Part shown: piece after piece, positions 6,861 to 16,754 of the stretch
Position numbering within the stretch: position 1 is the stretch's first letter
Layout of the letters: each line of letters begins with the position of its first letter
From: Candidatus Omnitrophota bacterium
GTDB lineage: Bacteria > Omnitrophota > Gorgyraeia > Duberdicusellales > 4484-171
Assembly: GCA_023134705.1 (NCBI GenBank)
Contig: JAGLUN010000051.1
Coordinates: forward strand, 3,362 to 67,361
Length of the DNA: 64,000 nucleotides
Direction of reading: 5' to 3'
The notes under the pieces: model-generated
Seen by the model: only the letters and a program-made list of their open reading frames with translations
What the model was told of the DNA's origin: nothing
Databases searched by the model: none
Translations under genes and position numbers: made by a program

Positions 6861-7623
6861 TTATCAACTCATCTATAAAATTACACACCTTCAGTTTAAT
6901 CCCATCCCATACAGAACGCGTATCATACACATTCTGATCTTCGACAGAGAGATAAGAAACCACACTATCACGAAACTGTTCAAAACTGATTTCAAGTACA
7001 TTCTGATACGCCTTTTTTAAAATATTCTTTTCAATAAGTAATGCCCGGCTCTTGTCATATTGTGAACTCAAAAGATGAAGGTCAAAAACATCTCTTGCTT
7101 GAAGAAAAGCCCTTGTAACTAATGCTTTTATCTTTTGGCTCACCATAGAATCCGCGTCATAGTGAGGAACTAAAATCGGCGGCAGCTTATAGGCCCGCAA
7201 TACAGTATCCATAACTTCTTCTACCCGTACGCCTTCTTTAAAACCTCTCCTTGAAAATTCAATTTTAATAAATAAATCCTCTCCGCTTGCGGTTATCAAA
7301 TGGACTTTAAATGGCTGGGTAGTTTGTGTTTGCTTTGCTTTTTTTATATCCGGAGGAATTATCTTTTCAATACCAAAAGGTCTAAGTGTGTCCTGAAATG
7401 ATTGGGAATTAAGGACATTCATTACCATTTCAATAAGAGTATCAACGGCTACCCTTTCTACATCCAAATCTATATCTTCTGAGTAACGAATACTGTGAAA
7501 GAAAAAGCGCAAATTTACTCCACCCTTTAAAACATAGGTATCGGGTTTGAGCTTTCTCCCAAGCCATCGTAAGAATTCTAAATGAAATACCTCTCTTACT
7601 TGTAACGGGCTGTTTATTAGCAT
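6847..7623 (-). CDS. abiEii: AbiEii/AbiGii-family nucleotidyltransferase toxin (DUF1814)
   Basis: It carries LKGGVNLRFFFHSIRYSEDIDLDVE, matching the family signature LKGGTxL...R.SEDIDL. It is 258 aa. Confidence 0.7.
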   Translation of the reverse strand: MLINSPLQVREVFHLEFLRWLGRKLKPDTYVLKGGVNLRFFFHSIRYSEDIDLDVERVAVDTLIEMVMNVLNSQSFQDTLRPFGIEKIIPPDIKKAKQTQTTQPFKVHLITASGEDLFIKIEFSRRGFKEGVRVEEVMDTVLRAYKLPPILVPHYDADSMVSQKIKALVTRAFLQARDVFDLHLLSSQYDKSRALLIEKNILKKAYQNVLEISFEQFRDSVVSYLSVEDQNVYDTRSVWDGIKLKVCNFIDELINGKT

Positions 7624-7690
7624 TATAATTATGTATTATAGTTTAGTTATAACTAAATTTCAATACATTACTAAAAAGGTTAGATAAACG

Positions 7691-7833
7691 ATTACATAAA
7701 GTTATTTAAAGTTGCATTAACGTTACGTAACCTTCTTAACGCAACCTTCCCTAACCTTAAGTAACCTTCTCTAAGTAGCCTTCTCTACGTAACCTTCCCT
7801 AACCTCAAGTAACTTTCTTAACGTAACCTTCTC
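7691..7833. repeat. Family-B palindromic element with a short forward arm and a long reverse arm
   Basis: The sequence runs ATTACATAAAGTTATTTAAAGTTGCATTAACGTTACGTAACC, followed by phased GTAACC units. Confidence 0.8.
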
Positions 7834-7925
7834 ATCTCACTTGTATCTCTATATTCTTTGCGAGTATCTAGCATCGAGCATCCAGCATCTAAAGTGTTAT
7901 CCCTCATCTTTCGTCCCTCGTCTCT
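7834..7925. repeat. Family-A repeat segment (GCATCGAGCATCCAGCATC units, then CGTCCCTCGTC)
   Basis: It has the same units as 4396..4560. Confidence 0.7.
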
Positions 7926-8106
7926 TGAATTCCGGTGACTCAATGCTTAATTATTAACCACAAGATTGTAGAATCTGCAACAAACTTTTTAAAATCCTTT
8001 TCAAAATTCTCTTTTAGTGCTATTCTATAATTGTTTTACAAAGAAACGTAATAGTTTAATTATTCATTTTATGGGAGAGTAAACATTTAGGAGAAATTAG
8101 TTTTAT

Positions 8107-9681
8107 ATGGAAAAATATCTTATCTATAGCTTTTCAGGTGAACTGGACGATATATCTCATTTATTTCCTAACGAGAGATTAGCGCATATTGCGTCTATAA
8201 TAAATGCTTTAGGGAAAGAAGTTGCGATTTGGGATAGGGGGAATATTGATACACTAATTGCCTATGGAGCAGAAAAGATTAAGGAATTTGGAGATTTAGC
8301 TTTCGAAGATTTAAGCGATGATTATTTGAGCCTTGTTGAAAAAGAAGCAAGCAAAATAATTGAAGGTGGATTTGGTATGATTTTCCTTAATCTATGGCAG
8401 GGTTCCGGATTTAAGTTCTCAATGGACTTGGCAGAATTTTTAAAGACAAAGAGTGATGTTAAAATCTATGGGATTGGCCAGAAAGTCGATTGGTTTAAAG
8501 AGGATATTTTAAAAATAGCACCCTATATAGACGGCCTGATTTTAGGTTTAGGATTTGAGGCTATAGAAAGGATGATGGCCGGAGAAAAAGTAGAAACCAT
8601 TCCTAATTTGATATTGAGAGCAAAAGGGGGGGATTTGGTTTTTACTCTCAGAGAGGCCGTAACCAATATAAATACTCTCCCTCTACCCATTTATAATTCC
8701 AGAATATATACGGGAATTGGGGGGAAGATTCCTCTTTATCATATTGCCTTGTCTAATCAAGCCTGCCCTGGAAGATGTACTTTTTGTGAAAGGCCGGAAA
8801 ATTACGGGAGAAAGATTGTAAGAAGAGATATAAATATGGTAATAGATGAGCTTAGATATTTAATGGATAGCTGCAATGCGAGGTATTTTAGAATAGCTGA
8901 TTCGACTCCTCCGCCTCAATCCCTGACTGAACTCGCGAAGGCTATCATTTCCTCCGGCCTCCATAAGAAAGGCATTCATCTGTCAGCCTTCTCAAGAATA
9001 GATATAAATAGAAAAGAAGATTTCCCGGTTCTAAAAAAGGCGGGATTTGAAACTTTGTTCTTTGGTATAGAGTCGTTGGATAACGGAAATTTAGAGCGGA
9101 TAAATAAATGCATAACTTATACAGATATAAAAACTACTTTAGAAGAAGCATGTAAGGCAGATCTCTTTGTTGTCGGTAGTTTTATCTTTCCTATACCCGG
9201 GGAAACTAAAAAATCAATGGAAAATACACTCACAAGGCTTAATGAAATTAAAAAATACCTAAATTCTGCATTATTACAGCCTGCCGGAGTATATCCTTCA
9301 ACTGATTGGGGAAGAAATCCTAAAAAATACGGGATATTGCTTTCGCCAGATTATGTTAAGGAAGCTTTAATATATCCTATAAAACTTCTTATACCTATGA
9401 GATTCTGGACTCCCTTTCCATTTACCTACCGTATAATGGAAAAAGAAGCTGAAGATGTCAAATTTGAAGATATCATTTTAGTTTTTGAGCAGTTCTATAA
9501 AGCAGTAAGGACAGAAATAGGCATTCCAGGGATTCAAGATTATGGTCTCCTCATTGCCAAGATGCTTAAAAAGGATCCTCTTGAATTCACAAATGAAAGC
9601 ATAAAATATATGGTTACAAGGGATTATGCTAAAATAAAACAGATTGTAGAAGAAACTCAAAGAGGTCTTTCATGCCAGTGA
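8107..9681 (+). CDS. B12-binding-domain radical SAM protein (class B)
   Basis: It carries CPGRCTFCE (CxxxCxxC) in mid-protein. The N-terminal third is Rossmann-like and cobalamin-binding-like. It is 524 aa. Confidence 0.6.
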   Translation: MEKYLIYSFSGELDDISHLFPNERLAHIASIINALGKEVAIWDRGNIDTLIAYGAEKIKEFGDLAFEDLSDDYLSLVEKEASKIIEGGFGMIFLNLWQGSGFKFSMDLAEFLKTKSDVKIYGIGQKVDWFKEDILKIAPYIDGLILGLGFEAIERMMAGEKVETIPNLILRAKGGDLVFTLREAVTNINTLPLPIYNSRIYTGIGGKIPLYHIALSNQACPGRCTFCERPENYGRKIVRRDINMVIDELRYLMDSCNARYFRIADSTPPPQSLTELAKAIISSGLHKKGIHLSAFSRIDINRKEDFPVLKKAGFETLFFGIESLDNGNLERINKCITYTDIKTTLEEACKADLFVVGSFIFPIPGETKKSMENTLTRLNEIKKYLNSALLQPAGVYPSTDWGRNPKKYGILLSPDYVKEALIYPIKLLIPMRFWTPFPFTYRIMEKEAEDVKFEDIILVFEQFYKAVRTEIGIPGIQDYGLLIAKMLKKDPLEFTNESIKYMVTRDYAKIKQIVEETQRGLSCQ

Positions 9682-10349
9682 AAGTAGTAGAGGTAAAAGA
9701 AGTAACTAAAGATTTTTATTTAGGGAAAACCGTAATTCAGGCATTATGGAAGCTGAGCATTAATGTGGAAGATGGTGAGTTTATAGCCATCGCCGGCCCT
9801 TCAGGAAGCGGTAAAACTACGCTTCTTAATCTTATCGGCTGTATTGATAACCCGACTTCCGGAACTATAAAAATTGATGACGTGCAGGTAAACAATCTTT
9901 CCTCTAATAGATTAGCCGAACTACGAGCCTCTAAAATAGGTTTTATATTCCAAAGTTTTAATTTGATTCCTGTACTTTCAGGATTTGAAAATGTAGAATA
10001 TCCCCTTTTGAAAAAAAGAATGAATAAAGATGAACGGAAAAAAAGGGTTACTGCTGTTTTAGAAAATGTGGGATTGGAAAAATTTATCGAGCATAGACCC
10101 GATGAATTAAGCGGCGGCCAACGGCAAAGAGTAGCTATAGCCAGAGCTTTGGTTTCTAATCCTAAGATTATATTGGCGGATGAACCAACGGCTAATCTGG
10201 ATCATTCCACAGGAATAGATATTTTGAACCTTATGAAAAAAATAAATAAACTTTCAGGAACTACTTTTATCTTTTCTACGCATGACCCTAAAATAATAAA
10301 TATAGCGGACCGGATAATAAATCTATTTGACGGACAACTTTCAAAATAA
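9672..10349 (+). CDS. ABC transporter ATP-binding protein (MacB/LolD type)
   Basis: It has Walker A GPSGSGKTT, the signature LSGGQRQRVAIARAL and Walker B ILADEPT. Confidence 0.85.
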   Translation: MPVKVVEVKEVTKDFYLGKTVIQALWKLSINVEDGEFIAIAGPSGSGKTTLLNLIGCIDNPTSGTIKIDDVQVNNLSSNRLAELRASKIGFIFQSFNLIPVLSGFENVEYPLLKKRMNKDERKKRVTAVLENVGLEKFIEHRPDELSGGQRQRVAIARALVSNPKIILADEPTANLDHSTGIDILNLMKKINKLSGTTFIFSTHDPKIINIADRIINLFDGQLSK

Positions 10350-10356
10350 TCTGTAA

Positions 10357-11586
10357 TTGTTAGATATTATGTGTCTTAAGATAGCCATACGAAATGTCTT
10401 TAGAAATAAAGTAAGGACGATAATTACTCTTTTGGCAATAACTTTTGGTTGTATGTCTTTAATTTTAATCGGTGGTTTTATCCATGACGCTTTGACTACT
10501 TATAGAGACAGCATTATATATAGCCGTTTAGGGCACATACAAATTGCCAAAAAGGGTTTTTTTAAAGAAGGGACAATTAAACCCTTCGATTACATGATTG
10601 ATAATCCTGAAGAATTGAGGGAAGCACTCGATTCTTTAGACCACATAGAAAGAATAACTCCCCGGCTTCAATTTGTAGGCCTTCTCAGCAAGGGAGAAAC
10701 AACGTTTCCTTTTTTGGCCGAAGGAATCGATCCTGCCGGAGAGAAGTCTTTAAGTTCATACATTGAATTTGAAAAGGGTGAAAATCTTTCCAAAGGGGAT
10801 AATTACACGATTATTTTAGGAAAAGGCCTTGCGCGGGCAATCGGGGCGGACGTTGGTGACGATATGATTATACTTACCAATACAATCGAAGGTGGAATGA
10901 ACGCTCTTGACGTTAAAGTAAAAGGTATTTTTTACACTTCTTCAAAAGAATATGATGATCATTTTTTAAGAATACCGGTTCGGACAGCCCAATATTTACT
11001 TCAGACAGAGAAAGTTCAGAAATTTATCGTTATCTTAGATAAAACGGCAAACCTTAAAAAAGTCACAAATAGACTTGACGATTTTTTTGTAAAAAACAAT
11101 CTTCCTCTTGAATATAAAACTTGGTTTGACCTGGCGGAATTTTATAATAAACTTGTCGCGGTATATGAACGCCAGCTTAAAGTAATCAATATTATCATTT
11201 ACATTATTGTTATTTTAAGTATCAGCAACACTATGAGTATGGCCATATTTGAACGCACAAGAGAGATAGGTACGATTATGGCGTTAGGCGCTAAAAGGCA
11301 TGAAGTCTTATTCCTTTTTATTTTAGAAGGGGCTGTCTTAGGCGCCATAGGCAGTTTATTAGGTATCGGAGGCGGTATCTTTTTTGCCCATCTAATTTCC
11401 TGGATAGGTATTCCTATGCCTCCCGGCCCGGGCATCTCAGTAGGTTGGATAGGTAAAATCGCGGTAGTACCCGCGGTAGTATGTATATCTTTTTTTCTTT
11501 GTATGATTTCTGCAGTAATTTCTTCATTCTATCCCGCGTTTAAAGCAAGTAGACTTAATGTGGCGGAAGCTTTGCGCTATGTATAA
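10357..11586 (+). CDS. FtsX-like ABC permease (MacB/LolCE family) with a large periplasmic domain
   Basis: It has an N-terminal transmembrane segment, a periplasmic domain and three C-terminal transmembrane segments. It is 409 aa and directly follows the ATPase. Confidence 0.7.
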   Translation: MLDIMCLKIAIRNVFRNKVRTIITLLAITFGCMSLILIGGFIHDALTTYRDSIIYSRLGHIQIAKKGFFKEGTIKPFDYMIDNPEELREALDSLDHIERITPRLQFVGLLSKGETTFPFLAEGIDPAGEKSLSSYIEFEKGENLSKGDNYTIILGKGLARAIGADVGDDMIILTNTIEGGMNALDVKVKGIFYTSSKEYDDHFLRIPVRTAQYLLQTEKVQKFIVILDKTANLKKVTNRLDDFFVKNNLPLEYKTWFDLAEFYNKLVAVYERQLKVINIIIYIIVILSISNTMSMAIFERTREIGTIMALGAKRHEVLFLFILEGAVLGAIGSLLGIGGGIFFAHLISWIGIPMPPGPGISVGWIGKIAVVPAVVCISFFLCMISAVISSFYPAFKASRLNVAEALRYV

Positions 11587-12385
11587 AAGAGTATTTCTTC
11601 TAATAGCTGTTGTTTTTATCATTCCTGCAGGAGTTTTTGCTGTTTTTCCACAAGAAACTTTACCCACTATTGAACCCACCAGCGAAGTTAATGGAGTTAA
11701 GCGTATATCCTTATTTACTCCGGAGGAAATTTTAGAAAAATCAGACATGATAAGATCCCCAAATTTTGATTTTTCAGTTGAAGTAATAATTACCAGTTTT
11801 AGATCTAACAGAGAAACAACTGTCAGCCGTTATGAAACTATGATAAAAGAAAAAGATAAAACTTTGGTGAAAAGCGTCTATCCCCCGCGAGATAAAGGAA
11901 GAATCATTCTTATGCGTGGTTGGGATTTATGGATTTATTTACCTACTGTTTCCCGCCCGATCCGTATTTCACCGCGTGAAAGATTATTTGGAGAGGTATC
12001 ATATGGTGATATTGCCCGTATTAACTTTACTCACGATTATAATCCCGTTTTACTGGGGATAGAAAAAATAGACGAGAAAGAATATTATGTTCTTGAGCTT
12101 AATGCCGAAAATGAAAGGGTAACCTACCATAAAGTTATTTATTTCGTCGAAAAAAACACATTCAATCCATTTAAGGCGGAATTTTACGCTGTTTCGGGTA
12201 TCCTTCTTAAGGAGTGTTTGTATGAAGATTATCGTTATGTGTTAGGAGAATCCCGTCCGATGAAGCTCATTATTACCGATAAGCTTGTTAAAGGAAAAAA
12301 ATCAATAATGGAATATAAAAATATGACAAAAGCCGATTGGCCGGAAAAGATATTTAACAAATTTTACCTGAAGAAATTGAAATAA
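11579..12385 (+). CDS. LolA-like / DUF1329-like outer-membrane lipoprotein-sorting family protein (secreted)
   Basis: It has the signal peptide MYKRVFLLIAVVFIIPAGVFA. Its size and position after a MacB-like pair fit this family. The family call rests on resemblance. Confidence 0.4.
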   Translation: MYKRVFLLIAVVFIIPAGVFAVFPQETLPTIEPTSEVNGVKRISLFTPEEILEKSDMIRSPNFDFSVEVIITSFRSNRETTVSRYETMIKEKDKTLVKSVYPPRDKGRIILMRGWDLWIYLPTVSRPIRISPRERLFGEVSYGDIARINFTHDYNPVLLGIEKIDEKEYYVLELNAENERVTYHKVIYFVEKNTFNPFKAEFYAVSGILLKECLYEDYRYVLGESRPMKLIITDKLVKGKKSIMEYKNMTKADWPEKIFNKFYLKKLK

Positions 12386-12479
12386 AAAGGAAAGGTTTCG
12401 AGTTTGTTTTTTCGTTTTTTGGAAAACAGCATTTGAATTTATAAAAAGTATTTTTTTGTCTAATCTATTTATATCCGAA

Positions 12480-13829
12480 ATGAGAAAGACTTATGGATAT
12501 ATAATTATATTAACTCTCGTTTCTTTAATGCCTTTTTTCTCGAATGGAAAAGAACTTCCTCAAATTTTGTTGAAAGAAGAATCTCGGGAATTTGAGCCTC
12601 TTCCCTTTCCTTTTTCTGTTTCTCCTCCTTCCGGCTTCTTAAAAAGCGAATTTGCCTGCAGGGTTGTATCTTCTACAGAATGGACTAAAATGCGCAATAT
12701 TTTTCAAACATCTCTCCGGGGAGAATTGTTTGAAAATATAAAATTTAAATTTACCGGCCGCGCCTTCTATGATGCTGTATTCGCTTTAACTAACAATTTT
12801 TCAAGCGGAGTAAAAGATGACCATGGCCATGAAATTTGTTTAAGAGAAGCGTTTCTTGATTTTCCTTTGGGGGGGTGGGATTTTAGAATAGGTAAACAAC
12901 AAATTGTCTGGGGTGAAGCTGTGGGGATATTCCTTGCCGATATTGTAAACGCTAAAGATTTAAGAGAATTCATCTTGCCGGATTTTGACTTTATTCGGTT
13001 ATCACAATGGGCGGTTAACGCCGAATATTACTTAGAGAAATTTCATTTCGAACTAATATGGCAGCCTATTCTTGAATTTAATGAATTAGGTGTTCCTGGT
13101 TCTGAATTCGCTTTATCATTTCCTCCAAAACCGTTACCTTACATAATTACCGAAACAGATACTCCCGCTAATAGTTTAAAGAACGGCGAAGCTGGAATTC
13201 GTTTGTCTCATTCCGCTGAAACTTTTGATACAAACCTTTTTTATCTTTATTGTTTTGAAGATAATCCTATTTGGTTTCGTTCGATTGCTTCCACGTCAGC
13301 CGGGGCTACTTCTTTTGTTAACCTTCGATATAAACGTCAACATCAGATTGGCCTGACTTTTTCCAAAGAGTTAATTCCATTCATGGTAAGGGGAGAGTTC
13401 CTTTATACGACACCTAAGTATTTATCTGTATTAGACGCAACAGATGAAGATGGGGTAATTAAAAAAGAGATATTGGACTATGTACTGGGCATGGATTATA
13501 CGTTTTTTAAAAAAGTAGATTTTAATATGCAATTCGTTCAACACCTGATTTTTAATTACGACTCCCGTCTTCCCGAAGACCAAACAACAAGTTATTTATC
13601 ATTGCGGGCTGCTGCCGGATTTTTAAACAATGCGATTGAACCCGAAGTGTTTTTTATGTCCAATTTGTCCCAATCTGATTATCTGTTCCGCCCAAAGGTG
13701 AAATTCAATGTGAATGATGCCTGGCAGGTAAACGTTGGCGGCGATTTCTTTGGCGGGAAAACAATGAGTTTCTTTGGCCAATTTAAGGATAGAGACAGGG
13801 TATATTTAGAAGCCAAGTATGCTTTTTAA
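12480..13829 (+). CDS. DUF1302-like outer-membrane beta-barrel protein
   Basis: It has a signal peptide, the RIGKQQIVWGEA motif, alternating beta-strand-like segments and a C-terminal ...KYAF aromatic end typical of outer-membrane barrels. The start may be at 12456. Confidence 0.4.
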   Translation: MRKTYGYIIILTLVSLMPFFSNGKELPQILLKEESREFEPLPFPFSVSPPSGFLKSEFACRVVSSTEWTKMRNIFQTSLRGELFENIKFKFTGRAFYDAVFALTNNFSSGVKDDHGHEICLREAFLDFPLGGWDFRIGKQQIVWGEAVGIFLADIVNAKDLREFILPDFDFIRLSQWAVNAEYYLEKFHFELIWQPILEFNELGVPGSEFALSFPPKPLPYIITETDTPANSLKNGEAGIRLSHSAETFDTNLFYLYCFEDNPIWFRSIASTSAGATSFVNLRYKRQHQIGLTFSKELIPFMVRGEFLYTTPKYLSVLDATDEDGVIKKEILDYVLGMDYTFFKKVDFNMQFVQHLIFNYDSRLPEDQTTSYLSLRAAAGFLNNAIEPEVFFMSNLSQSDYLFRPKVKFNVNDAWQVNVGGDFFGGKTMSFFGQFKDRDRVYLEAKYAF

Positions 13830-13964
13830 AAATATGCCTTTTACGACAGATAATTAATGAGGATCCCCAATAGGGAATTGTTTGTTCCTATTTGTGAAGA
13901 TTTTGTTTGTAATTATTCGTAAAGTAATATAAAAAACATGGAAAATCGATAAGGAGGTTAATCT

Positions 13965-14669
13965 ATGTTTCAAAAAAAAGTGTTTATTATAAATACCATA
14001 ATTATAGGTATTCTTTTTGCTATTTCTAGTCTACTATCAGGGCTAATCTACAATGCTTTACGAATAATGAGCGGCCTCTATTTTAATCTATTTTTTATAT
14101 TTATCCTGCTGATTTCCGTAATGATATTTTATGTAATTTTCCTTTTATTCATCATTATCTACTATCGTACACTTTTAGCTTTTATCCCTCACCAAGAAGA
14201 TACAGTTTATTTGACTGAGAAAATTCCTTATCAGACCAGACAGCAATTAAGGACTATTCTTACCGGTGTAGCTTCAGACATAGCCACGCCTATATTATAC
14301 TATTTTTCTGATTGGCTGAAATTATTTGGTGCAAAAGTTGGAAAGAATTTTGTTCTCCGGGGAAAAGTTTGTAATCCTGAGTTGCTTGAAATTGGAAATA
14401 ACGTGCTTATTGGAAATAGCAGCTTCATTACTGCTCATTTGAAAGATGGAGTTCGGCTTATTTTCAAAAAAATAAAAATAGGGCATAATTGTACTATCGG
14501 GGTTAAAAGTATACTTTTTCCCGGGGTGGAGATTGGTGATAATTCAATTATTGGCGCCTATTCATTACTCCCGAAAGATATGAAAATTCCTCCTAATCAG
14601 GTTTGGGCCGGGATACCGGCAAAGAAAATAAAAGATATTGAAATTAAACACAGCCATTTAGATAAATAA
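13965..14669 (+). CDS. Membrane-anchored hexapeptide-repeat (LbH) acyl/acetyltransferase
   Basis: It has two N-terminal transmembrane helices. The C-terminal half carries I/L/V-G-x-N hexapeptide repeats (IGNNVLIGNSSFI, IGHNCTIGVKSILFPGVEIGDNSIIG). Confidence 0.5.
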   Translation: MFQKKVFIINTIIIGILFAISSLLSGLIYNALRIMSGLYFNLFFIFILLISVMIFYVIFLLFIIIYYRTLLAFIPHQEDTVYLTEKIPYQTRQQLRTILTGVASDIATPILYYFSDWLKLFGAKVGKNFVLRGKVCNPELLEIGNNVLIGNSSFITAHLKDGVRLIFKKIKIGHNCTIGVKSILFPGVEIGDNSIIGAYSLLPKDMKIPPNQVWAGIPAKKIKDIEIKHSHLDK

Positions 14670-14671
14670 GA

Positions 14672-15895
14672 ATGAAAACTATAGCAATGATTCCTAACGG
14701 ACATATTTTATCTCACCTTGTGAGGCTTTTGGTAATTGCCAGGGAATTACGCTCAAGGGGGCATAAAGTGATTTTTGCCGGCTCCGGTAAATATATGCAA
14801 ATAGCCGAAGATGAAGGGTTTGACGTATCCCTTCTTCTTGAAGCCGAGCATGAAAAATTAATGGCCGCCGTTAGAAAAAATAAAATAAACTTTATAAGTT
14901 TTAATGAGCTGGAACCCTTAGTTAAGGCAGATATAGAATTCTATAACAAAGTAAAGCCCGATTTAGTTCTTTCGGATGGAAGAATAAGCGCTATTGTTTC
15001 CAGCAGAATCCGTAAGGTACCGCATGGAGCCGTGGTTAACGCTTCTTCAACCGGCTATAGGGCTATTCCTTATGTGCCTTTATTCCCGTTTCTTTCAAAG
15101 ATACCTTTTAAAAAAAACTTCATATTCCAGGAATTGAACGTAAAGATTGAATGCGCGGTGTTTGATTTGTTTATGAGGGCATATACTAAGTTAAGCCGCA
15201 AATATAAATTAACCAGGCCTGTAAAGACGTCACAATTTTTAACCGGCTCTGATTTCACCTTACTTCCCGATATCCCTGAATATTTTCCTACATGTAATCT
15301 TCCCGAAAATTTCCATTATATCGGGCCGCTTCCCTGGGAAAGTAAACTTCCCCCTCCTTCCTGGATTAATGCGCTTAAAAAAGATTCCCCGGTAATTTAC
15401 ATAACTATGGGGTCCACAACTCCGGAAGATATTTATCAGTATATCCAGCGGGTTTTTACGAAATTGGATTACCAGGTTGTGCTTACTACCGGCGGCCAGG
15501 TGAGAAGCGAAATTATATCTTCAATGTCCGTTCCCGGAAAGATATTTGTAGAAAACTACGTAAATGGGGATCTTGTTATGCAAAAGAGTAATGTAGTAAT
15601 CTGCCATGGCGGGAATGGAACCATTTATCAAGCTATAAAAAATGGCGTTCCGATTGTAGGGATTCCCACTCACCACGACCAGGCATATAACATGAAAAGA
15701 GTGGAAAATCTGGGGATAGGGATAAAAGTCAGTTATGAACAATTTACAAAAGCTCCTTTGTCTTTGTTGAACGATTTAAAAAGAATTTTTTCTAATAATT
15801 CTTTCAGGGAAACAATTAGCAAATACCAAAAGATAGTGAATGCGTACACTCCGGCAAAAACAGCAGTTAACATTATAGAAGAGAGGTATATGTGA
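14672..15895 (+). CDS. GT1-family UDP-glycosyltransferase (MGT/UGT-like)
   Basis: It carries VICHGGNGTIYQAIKNGVPIVGIPTHHDQAYN, matching the UGT signature HGGxGT ... P ... DQ. It is 407 aa. Confidence 0.7.
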   Translation: MKTIAMIPNGHILSHLVRLLVIARELRSRGHKVIFAGSGKYMQIAEDEGFDVSLLLEAEHEKLMAAVRKNKINFISFNELEPLVKADIEFYNKVKPDLVLSDGRISAIVSSRIRKVPHGAVVNASSTGYRAIPYVPLFPFLSKIPFKKNFIFQELNVKIECAVFDLFMRAYTKLSRKYKLTRPVKTSQFLTGSDFTLLPDIPEYFPTCNLPENFHYIGPLPWESKLPPPSWINALKKDSPVIYITMGSTTPEDIYQYIQRVFTKLDYQVVLTTGGQVRSEIISSMSVPGKIFVENYVNGDLVMQKSNVVICHGGNGTIYQAIKNGVPIVGIPTHHDQAYNMKRVENLGIGIKVSYEQFTKAPLSLLNDLKRIFSNNSFRETISKYQKIVNAYTPAKTAVNIIEERYM

Positions 15896-15902
15896 TATGT
15901 AA

Positions 15903-16754
15903 AATAAGAAATTATCAAGGCAAAAATTTACCGGAGAAAGGCTTCTCTCCGGTAAAACTACCCCTTACTTTTTGGAAGAACATGCCTGCCGTTACAAATT
16001 CATAAAGGATATTATAAAAAATAAAGTTGTACTTGATGTGGGATGTGGTGAAGGGTATGGAGCTTAGTATTTGTCTTATTATGCTCAAAAAGTTGTTGCT
16101 ATAGATTTATCCCAAGAAACTATTGTTTATGCCCGGCAAAAATACGTAAGAAATAATTTAGATTTTTTTACTATGAACTCCTGTAGATTAGGATTTGATA
16201 ATGGAACATTTGATGTTATCTGTTCGTTCGAAATGATTGAACATGTTTTAGATGCCGGGGATTATCTCAAGGAAGCACAACGAGTATTAAACCAGGAAGG
16301 TATATTTATAGTTTCGACTCCCAACAAAAACAATTATCTTTTACACGGAAAAAATGAATTTCACGTCAAAGAATATTCTCTTGATGAATTCAGAAGTGCC
16401 TTGCAAAAATACTTCTCAAAGGTCGAGTTTTTTGGGCAAATATGCGGTTCCCGTTTTAGAAAATATTATAATTATGCTTTAGCAGGAATTTTTTTGAAGT
16501 TTAAAATCTTAACCTATATGCAAAATTTTCTTTCTTCATTTGCTAAACCTAAAGTTATCACGTTAGATGAGGTAAAACCCGTTATTTTCAGTTTTCAAAG
16601 CATGAAGTGTGGAAAGCTGATTTTTTTATCGCAAAATGCAAGAAGGAAGCCCGCTAAAAACGAACTTCCTTCTTTAGTTTTTAAATTTAAGCGATGTCTA
16701 TCTAACTTAAGCTTTAAGCTTAGATTTTCTTGCTTTTCCTTCTTTTTCCCATAA
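15903..16754 (+). pseudogene. Class I SAM-dependent methyltransferase interrupted by an in-frame TAG (16065..16067) and lacking a canonical start codon
   Basis: In one frame it reads QKFTGERLLSGKTTPYFLEEHACRYKFI...VVLDVGCGEGYGA*YLSYYAQKVVAIDLS...FDVICSFEMIEHV. Motif I is intact but followed by a stop. There is no ATG/GTG/TTG between the upstream TAA at 15900 and motif I. Confidence 0.5.

Noticed and set aside
16065-16067. Genetic-code reassignment of TAG
   Set aside because: It is a single instance. All other confidently called genes terminate normally, including several with TAG stops at the expected ends, and the same gene also lacks a start codon. Pseudogene or sequencing error is more parsimonious.
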